A stretch of 55,881 nucleotides of DNA from a bacterium. Lineage in GTDB: Bacteria > Patescibacteriota > Minisyncoccia > Moranbacterales > GWC2-37-73. Where the stretch lies: contig JBAXDL010000006.1 in the NCBI GenBank assembly GCA_037140955.1, positions 1 to 55,881 on the forward strand, read 5' to 3'. Of the stretch, positions 24,773-34,488 are shown in pieces. The notes under the pieces are model-generated. The model did no database searches. It worked only from the letters and a program-made list of their open reading frames with translations, and was not told where the DNA came from. Both the position numbers and the translations under genes were made by a program. Position 1 is the stretch's first letter. Each line of letters begins with the position of its first letter.

Positions 24773-25816
24773 ATGAAAGAAAAAATGAAAATGAATTTGA
24801 TGTTCAATCCTGATGGAGATGATGATGTTTCTGCCAGGAAGATAATCAAAGGGCAAACAACTGGTTTGTTCAATTTGAATGCAGTGAAATATCCTTGGGC
24901 AAAATCATTGTATCAGGTGATGATTGGAAACTTCTGGGTGCCGGAAAAAGTTTCAGGCCTGAAAGATGACGCGCGCATGTTTCATGGTGATCTTTCAGCG
25001 GAAGAACAAAGAGCATACAAGGGGATTTTGTCATTTTTGATTTTTTTGGATTCAATTCAAACTGTCAATTTGCCACATCTTTCTGACTACATCACGTCGC
25101 CTGAAGTGAATTTGATTTTGGCAATTCAAGCATATCAAGAGGCGATTCATTCGCAGTCATATGCAACAATTCTTGAATCAATTGTGGAAAGCAAAGAGCG
25201 CGATGAAATTTATTATTTTTGGCGCACTGACAGCATCTTGCTTGAACGCAACAAATACATAGGAAATATCTATGAAAACTTTCTCAAGGATCAAACTGAT
25301 GAAAATTTCTTTCGCGCGGTCGTGGCAAACTTCCTTTTGGAATCAATTTATTTTTATAATGGATTTGCATTTTTTGACACACTTGTGGACAAGATGAAGA
25401 TGCTTGCCACGGGCAGGGTTATTGCCTATATTCGTCGCGATGAATTGACTCATATTACAATTTTTGGAAATATCATCAGAGAGATTCACAGCGAATATCC
25501 TGAGATTTATAATGAAAAAATAGTTTTGGAAATGATGAGTGTTGCAGTTGAGCAGGAGATTGAATGGAGTAATCATATTTTGGGAGATCGTATTCCGGGA
25601 ATCAATGGTGAAACGACCAGAGAGTACACTCAATGGCTCGCCAACAATCGTTTGGCCATGCTGAACATTGGTCCGCTTTTTCCAAACAGTGTGACAAATC
25701 CTTACAAACATCTTGATCGCTTGCAGGACACAAATGGAGACAAGAGCAATTTCTTTGAAAGTACCGTGGTGAATTACACTCAATCGAGCAGTATGAATGG
25801 AAGTTGGGATTTTTAA
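24773..25816 (+). CDS. nrdB: Class I ribonucleoside-diphosphate reductase beta subunit
   Basis: Di-iron/radical motifs FLDSIQ, QEAIHSQSY, ESIYFYNGFAFF, RDELTHITIF. 347 aa. Confidence 0.93.
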   Translation: MKEKMKMNLMFNPDGDDDVSARKIIKGQTTGLFNLNAVKYPWAKSLYQVMIGNFWVPEKVSGLKDDARMFHGDLSAEEQRAYKGILSFLIFLDSIQTVNLPHLSDYITSPEVNLILAIQAYQEAIHSQSYATILESIVESKERDEIYYFWRTDSILLERNKYIGNIYENFLKDQTDENFFRAVVANFLLESIYFYNGFAFFDTLVDKMKMLATGRVIAYIRRDELTHITIFGNIIREIHSEYPEIYNEKIVLEMMSVAVEQEIEWSNHILGDRIPGINGETTREYTQWLANNRLAMLNIGPLFPNSVTNPYKHLDRLQDTNGDKSNFFESTVVNYTQSSSMNGSWDF

Positions 25817-25899
25817 TTCAAATTTATGTTTTCTTTATATTGTTTTTTTATTGCAGAATATGGTATAATAAAAAAATTAAAAAACAAAATAAAAAGTGT

Positions 25900-28800
25900 G
25901 TGAAAAAAATTAAATTATTTTTTCAAAAGAAAATAACAATTGCAAGGTGGCAGTTTAATCTTTTTGGTTTGGCTTGCTTTTTTGCTGGTCTTTCTTGGGG
26001 TGCCTATCTTTTGATGAGTGGTGCGCTATCAAAAAGTTTGGCAGCTGGTGGTTCTCCAATCCTGAAAACATCCAGCACTGATTTTTCGCAAGGTGTGCTC
26101 TCTGCTAATGTCAATGTTGATGGCACGGGAAGTGCTGGAAAAGTTGTCTTGAAAAAGGTTGTTGGACCAAACACAAATCCAAATTATCAATCAGACATCT
26201 CAGCAACGCCAGGACTTGTTTCGTATTGGAAGATGGACAATGACTTTAGTGACTCAAAGGGTAGTAATAATCCATTTGAGGAATTTACTACAGCAAAAAA
26301 TGGATCAGGTGCTGGAAATTTCAATGGAACCAGTAGGTATATTAATCTTGGAAATGATCCATCTTTGAATATTGAGCAGGATTCTTTTACTATTGAAACT
26401 TGGTTTAAGTTGAATGACAATTCTTCTGATCAAAACATCTATACATCCTCGTTGGTTGATGGTCAGGGTGCTTTTTTGACTGTAAACAGGTTTGGTGGAA
26501 ATAATATCTCACTTTCCAAGGCTGGTATTGTAGATCAAATAGTGGATTATACTTTTGATGTTGGTTCTTGGTATCACCTGGTGGTAGTGTCTAATTTTTC
26601 AGCCGGTAGTCCTTCTGATGTTGAATATTTCGTCAATGGTGTCTCCATTGGTTCATTTGCTGACAGTACTGATTTCCTTTCTTCTGATGGGGCGACTCAC
26701 GCAATTGCTGGTGCTAGGTTTTATCCAGAAAGTGGCCTGCATCCAATAAATGGAACTATTGATGAGTTTGCTTTATATAATACTGCTCTTGATGCTGACA
26801 CTATCAATAGTCATTACAATAGTTCTGATTATCAAGCAGACATTGAAAGTACTCCAGGTCTGGTTTCATATTGGAAGATGGATGGAGATTGGGCTGATGC
26901 TGTTGGTCCAAATGGTGGAACCGCCATGCCTACTGCTCCATCTTTTGGTTTGGCCAAATATGGATCAAAATCAGCACGCTTTAATGGTGTAAATGAAACC
27001 ATAATTATTCCTGGTAGCTCTAGTCTTAATTTGAGCAATCAATTATCACTTGAAGGATGGGCTAAGTTTTTGGGATCTTCAACTGGCAATGAAATGATTG
27101 TCGACAAGATTAATGGTGAAAATCTTCAATATGGACTTGGTAGATACTCAGCAGCTAATGATCCAAGTGTTGCGCATCATGCTTATTTTAGTATGAACAT
27201 TAATGGTGCTGGGTGGAATGATTATGTTGTTTCAAATGCAGTTTTGGATGATAATAAATGGTATCACATTGTTGGTACATATGATGGTAGTAAGGCAAAT
27301 CTATATATAGATGGTCAGTTGGATAATAGTGTTGATGTTTCTGGAACGCTTAATGGAAATAGTGATGGAGATGTTTGGATTGGAGCTGATGACTATAATC
27401 ATGTTGGCGGCACTGAATTTACAAATGCATTCATTGATGAAGTTGGCGTTTATAATATGGCATTGAATGATGTTGATGTTTTGAATCACTATGCTGGAAA
27501 TTATGCTGCAACTGGAACGTGGGATTCTCCGATTGATCAAAATGTGATTGACTTGCTTTGGAATGGAGGCTGGGGAGATGGCAGTGATGGTTCAGCTGCT
27601 TTTTCTGCTGATGTTGCAGGTTTGGGTGGCGCAAGTAATTCAAAAATAACATTTTCCATGAGGGTTGCTGATTCAGTTGTTAATCTTGACGCAAAAAGTT
27701 TTGTTGATATTGGGATTGCTTCAAGCAGTTCTACAAATTATGTTGTTACTAAGGCTCAAGTGGAAGCTGCTCTTGGCTCGCTTGTTTCAACTGACAGATT
27801 CGTTCAGATCAAAGCAACATTTTTGCAAAACGTCAACGCAACAACTACTCCAGAATTGAAATCATTTCAAATAAATTATGTTTCAGATGACATTCCTCCC
27901 GCAGCAAATGCTTCCAATGTTTCCATGAAAAAAGATGCTAGCGCTGTTTCAAATATAAATTCAAATGATTGGACAAACAATGTGGCACCATATTTTGCTT
28001 GGTCTGGCGGTAATGATGCTGAATCTGGAATCAAGGGATATTGTTTGTATTTGGGCTCTGATATTGCTGGAAATCCTGGTGCAACTTCTGGTGGTGGGTC
28101 AAAGGGCTTGCTTGGAACTTCACCTGTTTCGATTGCTGGAACTGGTTGTCAGTTTATTGTTGCCACTGAATTTGTTGATTTTGCAAATGTTGCGCTGCGT
28201 GGTTCAATTTGGCTAACTTCATCAGCTGATCCGTATTATTTGAACATCAAGGCTATTGATAAAAATAATAATGTGTATGGCGGAGCGCCGTTGCAATTTC
28301 AATTTAGGTTTGACAATCAAGTGCCAAGAAATGTTTCATATGTTTCACTTCCTTCTAATTTCATTTCTAATCCTGTTGGCACAACCATGTCATGGCCAAC
28401 AATTGGAATTAATGACATTGCTAAAGATAATATTTCTGGATTGCTTGGCTTGCAATACAAGATAGGGACTGATCCTGTCTGGCATGGAACTCAAATTTCA
28501 GCCGATCCTAGCATTGGAAATTATTTGTTGTTTTCTGATGGTGTTTATAATTTTACTGATCAAGATTTTGCAACAGTTCAAAATGGTGCACATTTTGTCT
28601 ATGTCAGAGCTGTTGATGTTGCTGGAAATTTTTCAACGACAGTAAGTGGAGTTGTTAAGATTAACAAAGATGCTCCTGCAACACCGAATAATTTGTCAGT
28701 AAATCCCGTTGATAACTCAAACAAAAATGAATATACTTTTTCATGGAGCGCACCAGATCTTATTGGTAGTCAAAATGCTGCTAATTTTTCTTATTGCTAT

Positions 28801-30543
28801 ACAATAAACACGCCTCCAAGTGCCACAACTTGCGACTACACTCCAAAGGCAACACTCTCAATTGGTCCAAATTCTTTTGCTTCACGTCCAGGAGAAAATA
28901 TTTTTTATGTAGTCGCTAAGGACAATGACAATGGCAATATAAACTATGAAACATTTGCACAGATTTCATTTTTCTATTCTGGTTCAGCTCCGGAAAAACC
29001 TAGAAATATTGATATTTCTGATATTTCAATCAAGGCAACTTCAAATTGGAAATTGGCACTTTCTTGGGATGAGCCATCATATCTAGGTGCGGGAATAAAT
29101 GAGTATAAAATATTCAGATCAGATAAAAAAGGTGATTGCATTATTAATCCTGACTATTTTTCTGAAATCGGATCAACGCAGGGTACATCATATGTCAGCA
29201 CTGGTCTTTCTCAGAAAGAATATTATTATTGTGTTTCAGCTTGTGATAGTGCAAACAATTGTGGATTGCAATCAAGCACTGTTTCAAAAATTCCAACTGG
29301 AAAATTCACTTCACCATCTGACATGATTGACGAGCCCAATGTTTCAATGGTGACAACAAGCAAAGCTACCATAAAATGGTCCACTAATCGCGTTTCGGAT
29401 TCGAAAATTTCATATGGCAAGGATTCCAGGGATTACTACAAAGAAGAACCATCAAATTCTGAGCAGGTCACTAGTCATGAGATTGCTCTTAATAATCTTT
29501 CACCAGGAACTCAATATTTCTATCGTGCAAAGTGGACAGATGGGGACGGAAACACTGGAACATCTTCTGAAAAAAGTTTTGAAACTGAGCCAGCACCAAA
29601 AATAAAAGACACAGTTGTCAGTGACATTGGGATCTCTTCTGCATCAATCAAATTCACATCAAAAGGTGCTAGTAAGGTGAAGATGTATTATGGAACAACA
29701 TCAGATTTTGGCTCTTTTAAGGAGGTATCTGTTTCGAAATCTGAAACATCATACAACATACTACTTAGTGGATTAAATGATGACACTAAATATTATTATC
29801 AATTAAATACCTTTGATGTTGATGGTCAGGAATACGAGGGAACAACTCTTGATTTTACGACACTTCCTCGTCCAAGAATTTTTAATGTTCAAATAGAACA
29901 AATTAAAGATTCTGTTCAGCCCGGTGTGCATGTTGTGTGGAGCTCAAACACTGAGATTTCTTCTATTGTTTCTTATAATCCAACTGATAATCCAGCTGAG
30001 AAAAAAAATGATGTTCAGGTTGATTTTGTTTCCGGTGAGCATGAAGCAACAATCATGAACTTAAAGCCAATGCTGGCATATTCCCTTGTGGTTCGAGGCA
30101 ATGATAGATCAGGAAATCAAGCTGTTTCTGACACATATAGTTTTACCACTGCCTCAGACACTAGGCCTCCAAAAATTTCAGAAATTGTGGTTGAAGGTAC
30201 TAGTACTAATAATCCTGCAGACAAGCTTTCACAATTGGCAGTTTCTTGGAACACTGATGAGGCCGCAACTTCACAGGTTGAGTTTGGCGAGGGAGTTGGG
30301 ACGTCTTACACTCAAAGAACACAAGAAGATGCTAATTTTACTAGCAATCATCTTGTTGTTATCTCAGGGCTGACACCATCGAAAGTTTATCATCTAAGAA
30401 TTGTCTCTAAGGATCCAGCTGGAAATATTGCAAATTCTCAAGACACTGTGAGCATAACCCCAAAAGCTATTGATAGTGCTTTTGAATTGGTCATTGGAAG
30501 TTTGACTGAGGTGTTTGGTTTTTTGAAAGGTTTTAGAAATTAA
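25900..30543 (+). CDS. Giant membrane-anchored surface protein: 2-3 LamG/concanavalin-like domains plus multiple FN3/Ig-like repeats
   Basis: The ORF is open from TTG 25804 (1579 aa). An extended -10 TGGTATAAT at 25861-25869 lies inside that 5' end, so GTG 25900 is the likelier start. One TM (FGLACFFAGLSWGAYLL). Duplicated TPGLVSYWKMD(N/G)D LamG signature. C-terminal repeated modules of the SKISYG...YFYRAKW...SFET type. Confidence 0.85.
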   Translation: MKKIKLFFQKKITIARWQFNLFGLACFFAGLSWGAYLLMSGALSKSLAAGGSPILKTSSTDFSQGVLSANVNVDGTGSAGKVVLKKVVGPNTNPNYQSDISATPGLVSYWKMDNDFSDSKGSNNPFEEFTTAKNGSGAGNFNGTSRYINLGNDPSLNIEQDSFTIETWFKLNDNSSDQNIYTSSLVDGQGAFLTVNRFGGNNISLSKAGIVDQIVDYTFDVGSWYHLVVVSNFSAGSPSDVEYFVNGVSIGSFADSTDFLSSDGATHAIAGARFYPESGLHPINGTIDEFALYNTALDADTINSHYNSSDYQADIESTPGLVSYWKMDGDWADAVGPNGGTAMPTAPSFGLAKYGSKSARFNGVNETIIIPGSSSLNLSNQLSLEGWAKFLGSSTGNEMIVDKINGENLQYGLGRYSAANDPSVAHHAYFSMNINGAGWNDYVVSNAVLDDNKWYHIVGTYDGSKANLYIDGQLDNSVDVSGTLNGNSDGDVWIGADDYNHVGGTEFTNAFIDEVGVYNMALNDVDVLNHYAGNYAATGTWDSPIDQNVIDLLWNGGWGDGSDGSAAFSADVAGLGGASNSKITFSMRVADSVVNLDAKSFVDIGIASSSSTNYVVTKAQVEAALGSLVSTDRFVQIKATFLQNVNATTTPELKSFQINYVSDDIPPAANASNVSMKKDASAVSNINSNDWTNNVAPYFAWSGGNDAESGIKGYCLYLGSDIAGNPGATSGGGSKGLLGTSPVSIAGTGCQFIVATEFVDFANVALRGSIWLTSSADPYYLNIKAIDKNNNVYGGAPLQFQFRFDNQVPRNVSYVSLPSNFISNPVGTTMSWPTIGINDIAKDNISGLLGLQYKIGTDPVWHGTQISADPSIGNYLLFSDGVYNFTDQDFATVQNGAHFVYVRAVDVAGNFSTTVSGVVKINKDAPATPNNLSVNPVDNSNKNEYTFSWSAPDLIGSQNAANFSYCYTINTPPSATTCDYTPKATLSIGPNSFASRPGENIFYVVAKDNDNGNINYETFAQISFFYSGSAPEKPRNIDISDISIKATSNWKLALSWDEPSYLGAGINEYKIFRSDKKGDCIINPDYFSEIGSTQGTSYVSTGLSQKEYYYCVSACDSANNCGLQSSTVSKIPTGKFTSPSDMIDEPNVSMVTTSKATIKWSTNRVSDSKISYGKDSRDYYKEEPSNSEQVTSHEIALNNLSPGTQYFYRAKWTDGDGNTGTSSEKSFETEPAPKIKDTVVSDIGISSASIKFTSKGASKVKMYYGTTSDFGSFKEVSVSKSETSYNILLSGLNDDTKYYYQLNTFDVDGQEYEGTTLDFTTLPRPRIFNVQIEQIKDSVQPGVHVVWSSNTEISSIVSYNPTDNPAEKKNDVQVDFVSGEHEATIMNLKPMLAYSLVVRGNDRSGNQAVSDTYSFTTASDTRPPKISEIVVEGTSTNNPADKLSQLAVSWNTDEAATSQVEFGEGVGTSYTQRTQEDANFTSNHLVVISGLTPSKVYHLRIVSKDPAGNIANSQDTVSITPKAIDSAFELVIGSLTEVFGFLKGFRN

Positions 30544-30577
30544 AAGATAGTCTCAAAAAATAAAAAAGAAGTATTAT

Positions 30578-31381
30578 ATGGTTACATGTTCAACTAAAAA
30601 AGAAAATACTGGCTACTGTGCTCCAGCAATCATTGAAATAAGAGATGTTTATAAAAATTTTAATGTTGGCGAGCAAACAGTAGAGGTTCTCAAAGGAATA
30701 ACATTTGATATTTGTCAGGGAGATTTTTTTATTATCTTTGGTCGCTCTGGTTGTGGAAAATCAACTTTGTTATACACAATTTTAGGGCTAGAACCTCCAA
30801 CAACTGGAAAAGTTTTTTTTCTTGGTGAAGATATTTATAAGGACAGCGAGGAGGATCGAAAAACAGAATTTCGTAGAAAGCATATTGGCATGGTGTATCA
30901 ACAATCAAATTGGATCAAGTCTCTTTCTGTGCTTGATAATGTTTCTTTGCCGCTAGTCTTGTTGGGCATCAATAAGCATGAAGCAAGGGAAAGGGGACTT
31001 AAGATGCTTGGGAAAGTTGATATGCAGCAATGGGCAAGATATAATCCTGCTGAACTTTCAAGCGGACAACAGCAAAAAGTTGCTGTTGCGCGAGCCCTTG
31101 TTACTGATCCAGAAGTGATTGTGGCTGATGAGCCAACTGGAAATTTGGACTATGAATCTGGCAGAAATTTGATGCATTTGCTTGGTGATCTGCGCTTTAT
31201 GGGAAAAACTATTATTATGGTTACTCATGATTTGGAATACTTGGAATATGCAAAAAATATTTTAAGAATGAAAGACGGCTCAATCGTGGCAATGTATGAT
31301 GAAACAAATAAAAATGAAATTTTAAGCAGTATCTCTCATAAGAAAGTATTATCAAAAGAAACAAACAAAAAAAATGAATAA
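30578..31381 (+). CDS. ABC transporter ATP-binding protein (MacB/LolD/FtsE-like)
   Basis: Walker A GRSGCGKST, Q-loop, signature LSSGQQQKVAVARAL, Walker B VIVADEPTGNLD, H-loop VTHD. Confidence 0.92.
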   Translation: MVTCSTKKENTGYCAPAIIEIRDVYKNFNVGEQTVEVLKGITFDICQGDFFIIFGRSGCGKSTLLYTILGLEPPTTGKVFFLGEDIYKDSEEDRKTEFRRKHIGMVYQQSNWIKSLSVLDNVSLPLVLLGINKHEARERGLKMLGKVDMQQWARYNPAELSSGQQQKVAVARALVTDPEVIVADEPTGNLDYESGRNLMHLLGDLRFMGKTIIMVTHDLEYLEYAKNILRMKDGSIVAMYDETNKNEILSSISHKKVLSKETNKKNE

Positions 31382-33257
31382 AATTTTTATAAATAGCATA
31401 AATGCAATAAGAGATTTGTTTGTTGTTATGTGGCAAACATTCACTTTGGCAGTTTTTTTGATAATCTTTATTTTTGTAAGGATACTAATTGCTATTTTTC
31501 GTCATATTCCAATTGTCAGTAGGTCATCAAAGATTATCAAGAAAAATTTAATTTTAATTTTGAAAAAGATTTCAAGAAAAATTACTTTTGGAAAAAAAGA
31601 CAGTATTGATCAAATTGATTTGATTGAGCTTTCTTTTGGTAACATGCGTATGCGAAAAACAAGAACATTTGTGACGATTGGTGGCATGACAATAGGAATA
31701 GCAATTATTGTTTTTTTGGTTTCAGTTGGATATGGATTGCAAAATTTGGTGGTTTCTCGTGTTGCCAAGCTTGACCAGATGAAGCAGGTTGAGGTTTCAC
31801 TTCACTCAGGAAGCAAGATGAAAATAACAGATCAAACGATATCCTCAATTCAAGGTGTTAATGGTGTGACCAATGTTTTTCCTATAATTTCTGTTGTTAG
31901 TAAAATCAACTATAACAATTCTGTTTCTGATATGGTTGCCTATGGTGTGACATCAGACTATCTTAAAAATTCAGACATAAGATTAACTCAAGGAGAAATT
32001 TTCCAAAGTAATGAACTTACTAATAATGATCTTTCAGTGATTGTTCCATCTGATGAGAGTGCTGGGGTGCAGCAGGACATCATGTTTTCAATCAAGAGTG
32101 GTGAGTGGGCCAAGGTAAGAGAAAGTAGTGATAGAGGCTCTAAATTGCTTGGTTATACAAAATCAGGCAACGACTTGTCAAAAGGAAAGGATGTTGAAGG
32201 GGGAGAATATGTTGATGAAAATGGAAGCATACAAAAAGATTGGATAGTTTCAACTTTTCAACTTTGGACCAAAAAAGATTGTTCAAAAGTTGATTGCAGT
32301 GATTCTCCATATAAGCCAGTTAGTGGTATTGATGGAAAACAATTGGAAGTGCCTGGTAGCATCGCCAGTATCGGCGTGAACATCAAAGAGGATCATGATG
32401 ATGACAATGACGCTAATTTGAATGACAAATCATTGGACTCAAATGCATCCACAAAAAAAACTAACAACAAAATCAAAGAAGCTGTTGTTAATCAGGCAAT
32501 GCTGCAAGTTCTGGGAATTGATGAGTCTCAAGCAATTGGAAAACAGTTTAGTTCTTCTTTTGTGGTTGTTGGCAATTTGTTGGGTGATGGAGCTGGCAAC
32601 AAGGAATCACAAAAGATGCAATATCAGATTAGTGGAGTTGTGGCAGAGGGAAAAAATCCAATTTTTTATGTGCCATTTATTGATGTCAGAGCATTGGGTG
32701 TGGTCAATTATTCTCAATTAAAGGTTGTTGCAAACACACAAGATGTTTTGCCAAGAATCAGAGAACAAATAAACACTGCTGGATATGCAACATCATCAGT
32801 TTCTGACACAGTTGATCAAATTAATAGTTTTTTTACTACCGCCAAAACAATTCTTGGACTGGTTGGAATGGTCGCGCTTTTCATTGCTTCATTGGGTATG
32901 TTTAATACTTTGACTGTTTCACTATTGGAACGCACAAGAGAAGTTGGATTGCTAAAGGCTATGGGAATGCGCAGTGGTGAGGTTAGAAATCTTTTTTTAA
33001 CGGAATCTATAATTATGAGTTTTATGGGTGGAGTGTTCGGTGTTGTGCTTGGAGTGTTTATGGGAAATACTTTTAGTGCTATTGCTTCAGTGTATTCTGT
33101 TTCTATGGGTTTTGATACTCTTAATATTACCTATGTACCATGGAGACTTGGTCTTGGTATTGTTGCTATCTCACTTTTCGTTGGATTTTTAACAGGTATT
33201 TATCCAGCAAGACGCGCGCAGAAAATATCCGCATTAAATGCTTTGCGCTACGAGTAA
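31374..33257 (+). CDS. MacB/FtsX-type ABC permease with a large extracytoplasmic domain and an extra N-terminal TM
   Basis: 627 aa. LSFGNMRMRKTRTFVTIGGMTIGIA start of the MacB fold, an ectodomain of about 340 aa, and a C-terminal FtsX domain (LLERTREVGLLKAMGMRSGEV...). Overlaps the ATPase gene by 8 nt. Confidence 0.88.
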   Translation: MNKIFINSINAIRDLFVVMWQTFTLAVFLIIFIFVRILIAIFRHIPIVSRSSKIIKKNLILILKKISRKITFGKKDSIDQIDLIELSFGNMRMRKTRTFVTIGGMTIGIAIIVFLVSVGYGLQNLVVSRVAKLDQMKQVEVSLHSGSKMKITDQTISSIQGVNGVTNVFPIISVVSKINYNNSVSDMVAYGVTSDYLKNSDIRLTQGEIFQSNELTNNDLSVIVPSDESAGVQQDIMFSIKSGEWAKVRESSDRGSKLLGYTKSGNDLSKGKDVEGGEYVDENGSIQKDWIVSTFQLWTKKDCSKVDCSDSPYKPVSGIDGKQLEVPGSIASIGVNIKEDHDDDNDANLNDKSLDSNASTKKTNNKIKEAVVNQAMLQVLGIDESQAIGKQFSSSFVVVGNLLGDGAGNKESQKMQYQISGVVAEGKNPIFYVPFIDVRALGVVNYSQLKVVANTQDVLPRIREQINTAGYATSSVSDTVDQINSFFTTAKTILGLVGMVALFIASLGMFNTLTVSLLERTREVGLLKAMGMRSGEVRNLFLTESIIMSFMGGVFGVVLGVFMGNTFSAIASVYSVSMGFDTLNITYVPWRLGLGIVAISLFVGFLTGIYPARRAQKISALNALRYE

Positions 33258-33340
33258 TAATTTGGCACATAGACAGTTTTTTATCTCCATGCTAAGATTT
33301 TATACGTTGAGGTTTAATAACTTTTAAAAATAAAAAATAT

Positions 33341-33886
33341 ATGAATAAAGTTCTTGTTGGTGGCATTGTTGCTGCCGTAGTAGTTTTGGGATATGTTTTG
33401 CTTACCCCCAAATCAGCAAACGCACCAGTTGAAAAAAAACAAGCAGCAAAAAGTGAAACCACTGAAGTGAAAAAGCAAGATGCTGTAGCACTAACAGAAG
33501 CAAGACCCGAGGTCAAATCTCAGTCAGTAATAAGTAATTCAACTAATGAAAAAAAACCTATGGAATTGGAAATTAAAACAACAAAAGAGGGAACTGGTGA
33601 TCGCGTGGTGAAAAATGGAGACACAATTTCAGTGCACTACACTGGAAAGCTTACCGATGGGACAGTGTTTGATTCAAGTGTTAGCCGTGGTGTGCCCTTT
33701 GATTTTACTGTTGGACAAGGAATGGTGATCCAGGGATGGGAAAAAGGATTTATTGGTGCTAAAGTTGGAGAGAAAAGAACACTAACAATTCCTTCAGAAA
33801 TGGGTTATGGTGCTCGTGGAGCAGGAGCTTCTATTCCACCAAATGCAACTTTGATCTTTGATGTTGAATTGGTTGCGATCAAATAG
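33341..33886 (+). CDS. FKBP-type peptidyl-prolyl cis-trans isomerase, membrane-anchored/secreted
   Basis: GDTISVHYTGKLTDGTVFDSS...FTVGQGMVIQGWEKG..GAKVGEKRTLTIPSEMGYG...LIFDVELV. Confidence 0.92.
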   Translation: MNKVLVGGIVAAVVVLGYVLLTPKSANAPVEKKQAAKSETTEVKKQDAVALTEARPEVKSQSVISNSTNEKKPMELEIKTTKEGTGDRVVKNGDTISVHYTGKLTDGTVFDSSVSRGVPFDFTVGQGMVIQGWEKGFIGAKVGEKRTLTIPSEMGYGARGAGASIPPNATLIFDVELVAIK

Positions 33887-33988
33887 TTTTTAAAAAAATA
33901 CCATTAAAACCCTCTTTACAAAGAGGGTTTTTTCTTTTTTAAAATTTGTGTATAATGTCTAAGTAATATTTTATTTTAAACTAAATAT

Positions 33989-34336
33989 ATGCAAATTATT
34001 GATCAAGAAATTAAAAAAACAATTGCCATTTTTGCCGAGTTGGAATTTTCTGAAAAAATGGTAAAAGAGCATGTTGAGAAATTAAAAAAAGCACTCTTGA
34101 TGGACATGGTGGCTGAGGCTTTTGCCGAAAAGGGCCAAATGATTGAAAATGCTGAATTCACGCAGGAAGACGTGGAAGATTTTTTGACTGACAACTATGA
34201 GGAAGATGAATTGGAAGAAATCTTGGCAAGAGTTTCGCGCGATGTGATTGTGGAATATTTTTCAAAAATCTTAAAAGGAGCTCCTGAGGACAAGATTGCC
34301 AAAGTTAATGATATTTTAACCTCAAGCTTTGAATAA
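33989..34336 (+). CDS. Hypothetical acidic protein (115 aa)
   Basis: ORF with its own promoter-like TATAAT and the upstream terminator hairpin AAACCCTCTTT..AAAGAGGGTTT. No family recognised. Confidence 0.45.
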   Translation: MQIIDQEIKKTIAIFAELEFSEKMVKEHVEKLKKALLMDMVAEAFAEKGQMIENAEFTQEDVEDFLTDNYEEDELEEILARVSRDVIVEYFSKILKGAPEDKIAKVNDILTSSFE

Positions 34337-34488
34337 AATTACTTCTTTAAATTGCTTTTAAATGGCATTTTTTTCGTGAAAGAATGTTTGACATTTTGAC
34401 GTATAAATGTCTATGATACCCACAGAGGGTATTATTTGATAAAAAATGAGATGTTTACTCTAGTTCTTTAATAAAAAAGGAGGATGTT

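Noticed and set aside
25804-25899. TTG start of the giant protein overlapping the nrdB stop.
   Set aside because: An extended -10 (TGGTATAAT, 25861-25869) lies inside this segment, and the encoded peptide is compositional (F/I/K/Y-rich). GTG 25900 is more plausible, though not proven.
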